64,000 bases of DNA, from contig CAWCYI010000006.1 in assembly GCA_963799845.1 (NCBI GenBank), positions 608,001-672,000 of the forward strand, given 5' to 3'. Origin of the DNA: an uncultured Nitrososphaerota archaeon (lineage in GTDB: Archaea > Thermoproteota > Nitrososphaeria > Nitrososphaerales > CADDZS01). The notes beneath the pieces are model-generated. The model searched no databases and was not told the origin of the DNA. It worked only from the letters and a program-made list of their open reading frames with translations. Every line of letters starts with the position of its first letter. Position 1 is the first letter of the stretch. Position numbers and translations under genes: made by a program. Below, in pieces: positions 60,904 through 64,000 of the stretch.

Positions 60904-61881
60904 TTACTTGCCAAACCTGCCAAACAGTCCGGTCGGCTTGACCATCAGGACCGCGAGAAAGATCAGGTATGTCAGAAGCAATCCAAAGTCTGATGGGAAG
61001 CTGTATTTCGTCAATACTTCTAGGGCGACAAAATCTGAGATGCTGATAATTAGTCCCACGATCAACCCGCCGAAGAGAGTGCCCAAGATGCTCCCGACAC
61101 CCCCGAGTATTATGATTGCAAGAACTATTGGAAGCAGAGAAACGTCAGCCGCGTTTGCAGTTATAGAATTTGTAAATGCGTACATCCCGCCGCCCAGCCC
61201 GGCGAGTCCCGCCCCGATCGAAAACGAGAGAATTCTGGATCTCCTGATGTCGACGCCTGAAAACTCGGCGGCCTCCCAGTCCTGAGCGGTTGCACGAATT
61301 GAGTTTCCGTAGTATGTCCTCGAAAGGAAAAAATGAAGCATCGGAATCACGATGATTGCGATAATAAACGCTATGAGTTGAGGCTCCTGAACGTAAAGTG
61401 CTCCGAGATGAATCGAACTTCCGCTGTAGGCTTGGTTCTCCGCCTCGGCACCGTTGCCATGAGACGGATCAATTGACGGGATCAGTGTCAGAGCCCCGGA
61501 AGGGAGTGGAAGCACGAGACCACTGGAGATGACGTACTCTAGAAAGACTGACAATCCGAAGGTTGCTAGAAGAGGACCCTCGAACCCCTTGTTCTCGGTC
61601 TTGTAAATTAGGGCAAAGTACGCCACTACTCCGACGAGCGCCATTATGACAAAATCAAGGGGGAGGGATAGGAGCGGGTTCAGGTGCAGTCTCGGGGTCA
61701 GGACTATGGAGAACTGGATAGTTATGAACGCCGCGAGGACCATCAGAGCTCCGTGGCCGATGTTCAAGATCTTCTGAACACCGTAGATCAGAGAAAGTCC
61801 AATCGCAGCCAGGGCGAAGAACCCTCCCTGAAGCACGCCATTCAAAATTGCCTGTACGACGTCTACTAAGCCGACGGCCAC
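60904..61881 (-). CDS. Liv-type ABC permease (LivH-like)
   Basis: ALAAIGLSLIYGV..LNIGHG, IRATAQD.EAA..GVD, IILGGVGS, KPTGLFG. Confidence 0.9.
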   Translation of the reverse strand: MAVGLVDVVQAILNGVLQGGFFALAAIGLSLIYGVQKILNIGHGALMVLAAFITIQFSIVLTPRLHLNPLLSLPLDFVIMALVGVVAYFALIYKTENKGFEGPLLATFGLSVFLEYVISSGLVLPLPSGALTLIPSIDPSHGNGAEAENQAYSGSSIHLGALYVQEPQLIAFIIAIIVIPMLHFFLSRTYYGNSIRATAQDWEAAEFSGVDIRRSRILSFSIGAGLAGLGGGMYAFTNSITANAADVSLLPIVLAIIILGGVGSILGTLFGGLIVGLIISISDFVALEVLTKYSFPSDFGLLLTYLIFLAVLMVKPTGLFGRFGK

Positions 61882-62589
61882 TTACTCCACGACCCCCAAG
61901 TACGCCTCGCGGATCTTGGGATTATCGATCAGCTCGGAACTGATCCCGTCAAGCTCGATCCTGCCGTTCTCCATGACGTAAGAGCGATCAGAAGATTCAA
62001 GCGCCCTCTCCGAATTTTGCTCGGCCATCAAGATTGAGACACCAGATTCTCTGATAGACTCAATCGCCGCGAGAACCCTTTCAAACATAATTGGTGACAG
62101 ACCAAATGAAAGTTCATCTAAGAGCAATAGCTTCGGGGATGACATCAAGGCGCGCCCGATCGCAACCATCTGTTGCTCGCCGCCGGAAAGCGTACCTGCT
62201 GCCTGCTTCTTCCGGTCTTTCAGTGCGGGAAAGAGCGAGTACACTCTCTCGAATCGTTGGTCAAGATCCGCGGATACCCTCGGGGCTCCCATGCGCAGAT
62301 TTTCGGCTGTGTTCATGGTGGAGAAAAGCCTCCGGCCCTCGGGGACGTACGAGATGCCCGCTTTCACCATGCTATGGGGCCGCTTTCCAACGATGTTCTC
62401 CGACCGAAAGCGAATCTCGCCAGCCTGCGGCTTCAGCACTCCTATCACAGACTTCAAAAGAGTGGATTTTCCGGCCCCGTTGGCTCCAATCAGAGAAACG
62501 ATCTCTTTGTCCTCAACTCTAAGAGAAACTCCCCAAAGGACCTGGATTCTGCCGTAGGCGGCGGACAGGTTGTTGATCTCTAGAATCAT
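61882..62589 (-). CDS. ABC ATPase (LivF-like)
   Basis: GANGAGKST, VPEGRRLF, LSGGEQQM, LLLDE. Confidence 0.92.
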   Translation of the reverse strand: MILEINNLSAAYGRIQVLWGVSLRVEDKEIVSLIGANGAGKSTLLKSVIGVLKPQAGEIRFRSENIVGKRPHSMVKAGISYVPEGRRLFSTMNTAENLRMGAPRVSADLDQRFERVYSLFPALKDRKKQAAGTLSGGEQQMVAIGRALMSSPKLLLLDELSFGLSPIMFERVLAAIESIRESGVSILMAEQNSERALESSDRSYVMENGRIELDGISSELIDNPKIREAYLGVVE

Positions 62590-62596
62590 TCTGATT

Positions 62597-63391
62597 TCAA
62601 TTTGATTTGGAAGAAGGTTGGTTCGAGCTTTCCTCACTTTCGACTTTCTTTTTCCCCATATAGGCACTGATTACCTGTTCGTTTCTCACTATTTCAGAGG
62701 GGCTCCCTTCTGCAATGAGCGAGCCGTGGTCGATGACTATTATCCGCGAGCAGAGTTTCATCACCGCGCGCATCACATGCTCTATGACAAGCAGCGTGAT
62801 CTTCATTTCGGTGTTGAGTTTGAAAAGAAGTTCCAGAGTGTCGGAGATTTCCGTAAGATTTAGTCCCGCCATGACCTCGTCGAGCATCAGCAGGCGAGGC
62901 TGCGTCGCGAGCGACCTCGCCAGTTCCAATCGTCTCTGTTCCGCGAGAGTCAGATTTGAAGCCAATACATTGGCCTTCTCCTCAAGGTCGGTATAGCTAA
63001 GGACTTTGCGGGCTCTCTCGGTTGCCGCTCGAATCGAGAGCGTGTGTCCTCTTCCGAAAAGTGAACCCATCATCGTATTTTCGATGACGGTCATTCGTGG
63101 AAGCGGTCTGACAGTCTGAAAGGTCCGCGAGACGCCGAGTTGAGCGATTACGTGCGGCTTTTTGCCCGCTATGTTGATTCCTGAGAAAGTGATGCTGCCG
63201 GAATCCGGTTTGTAGACTCCCGTCACAGTGTTGAAGATGGTCGTCTTCCCGGCTCCGTTGGGTCCGATCAACCCGACAATCTCCCCCTCCCCGACGTCGA
63301 AACTTAGATCATTCACCGCCGTGAGACCTCCGAACTGTTTTGTCACTTCCCGAAGCTGGAGCAAGGGAGCCCGAGAAACTGCCGAATCCAA
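62597..63391 (-). CDS. ABC ATPase (LivG-like)
   Basis: FGGLTAV, GPNGAGKTT, RTFQ, LELARSLA, MLDE, IEH. Confidence 0.92.
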   Translation of the reverse strand: MDSAVSRAPLLQLREVTKQFGGLTAVNDLSFDVGEGEIVGLIGPNGAGKTTIFNTVTGVYKPDSGSITFSGINIAGKKPHVIAQLGVSRTFQTVRPLPRMTVIENTMMGSLFGRGHTLSIRAATERARKVLSYTDLEEKANVLASNLTLAEQRRLELARSLATQPRLLMLDEVMAGLNLTEISDTLELLFKLNTEMKITLLVIEHVMRAVMKLCSRIIVIDHGSLIAEGSPSEIVRNEQVISAYMGKKKVESEESSNQPSSKSN

Positions 63392-63525
63392 TTTGAGTTC
63401 TCATCCTGTCTAATGAGTTATTTTAGACCTTTCATCCGAGCGCATTTAGGCCCGTTGAGTATTGGAAGCATCTCAAAATCATGAAATAGCGAAAACGCTA
63501 GGTCTTGCTTTGAAAGAGTGAAAGA

Positions 63526-64000
63526 ATGCCGAGAATTTCGGCGGGCGATATTAAGATCTATTACGAGACTCAGGGAAGCGGTTCACCCTTGGTCTTGTTT
63601 GGTGGAGGCCTTTTGGGAAGACACAACTTCCCCCGAGTTGTTCTGGAAGAATTATCAAAACACTTCACAGTATTAAGTTATGATCAAAGAGGCTACGGAA
63701 AAAGCGATCGCCCTCTCCAGCGGTATACGATGGACCTCTGGGTGGACGATCTGGCATCATTGATGGACGCCCTGAAAATCTCCCGTGCAAATCTGGTTGG
63801 AACTTCGGTGGGAGGCGTTCTTGCCCTAAAATTTGCCGCCAAATATCCTGAGCGAACGATAGCGTGTGTTGCCGATGTTCCAATCGCGAGACCGGATGCA
63901 ATGAGGAAGGTAATGTTTGCAAACTGGCGTAAGATCGCCCAGTTTAACGGCATCGGCGAGCTTTTCGCCGACACGATAATCACCTACAACGTCGGCGCAA
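63526..64000 (+). CDS. Alpha/beta hydrolase, N-terminal part (runs off window edge)
   Basis: MPRISAGDIKIYYETQGSGSPLVL..YDQRGYGKSDRP..LVGTSVGG (GxSxG nucleophile elbow). Confidence 0.88.
   Translation, partial: MPRISAGDIKIYYETQGSGSPLVLFGGGLLGRHNFPRVVLEELSKHFTVLSYDQRGYGKSDRPLQRYTMDLWVDDLASLMDALKISRANLVGTSVGGVLALKFAAKYPERTIACVADVPIARPDAMRKVMFANWRKIAQFNGIGELFADTIITYNVGA

Overview
Archaeal chromosomal DNA from a TACK-type lineage, probably a Nitrososphaerota (Thaumarchaeota) member. The placement is inferred from the priL-priS-gins-rpl44e-rps27e-aIF2a-nop10 cluster, dnaG-pelota, an intron-containing tRNA-Ser and an archaeal SRP RNA. The window also holds Moco biosynthesis genes, a CoxMSLG-type molybdo-hydroxylase operon, Hsp20-Cdc48, a DUF929/VKOR disulfide module and several heterotrophic catabolic/transport clusters. 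No integrase, transposase or CRISPR array was seen. Highlights: (1) a crenactin (archaeal actin) gene followed by a 4-TM membrane protein with an arcadin-2-like motif (DNPWASVLSRR) in its cytoplasmic tail, transcribed divergently from two Thr-rich exported proteins, a candidate membrane-anchored actin/surface-structure system; (2) a two-copy hairpin element upstream of both the moaCBE and coxMSLG operons; (3) most frameshifts in the window sit next to AGCT, suggesting assembly errors caused by AGCT methylation; (4) a stand-alone B3-like DNA-binding protein. Family assignments come from motif recognition and recalled sequences, not from database searches.
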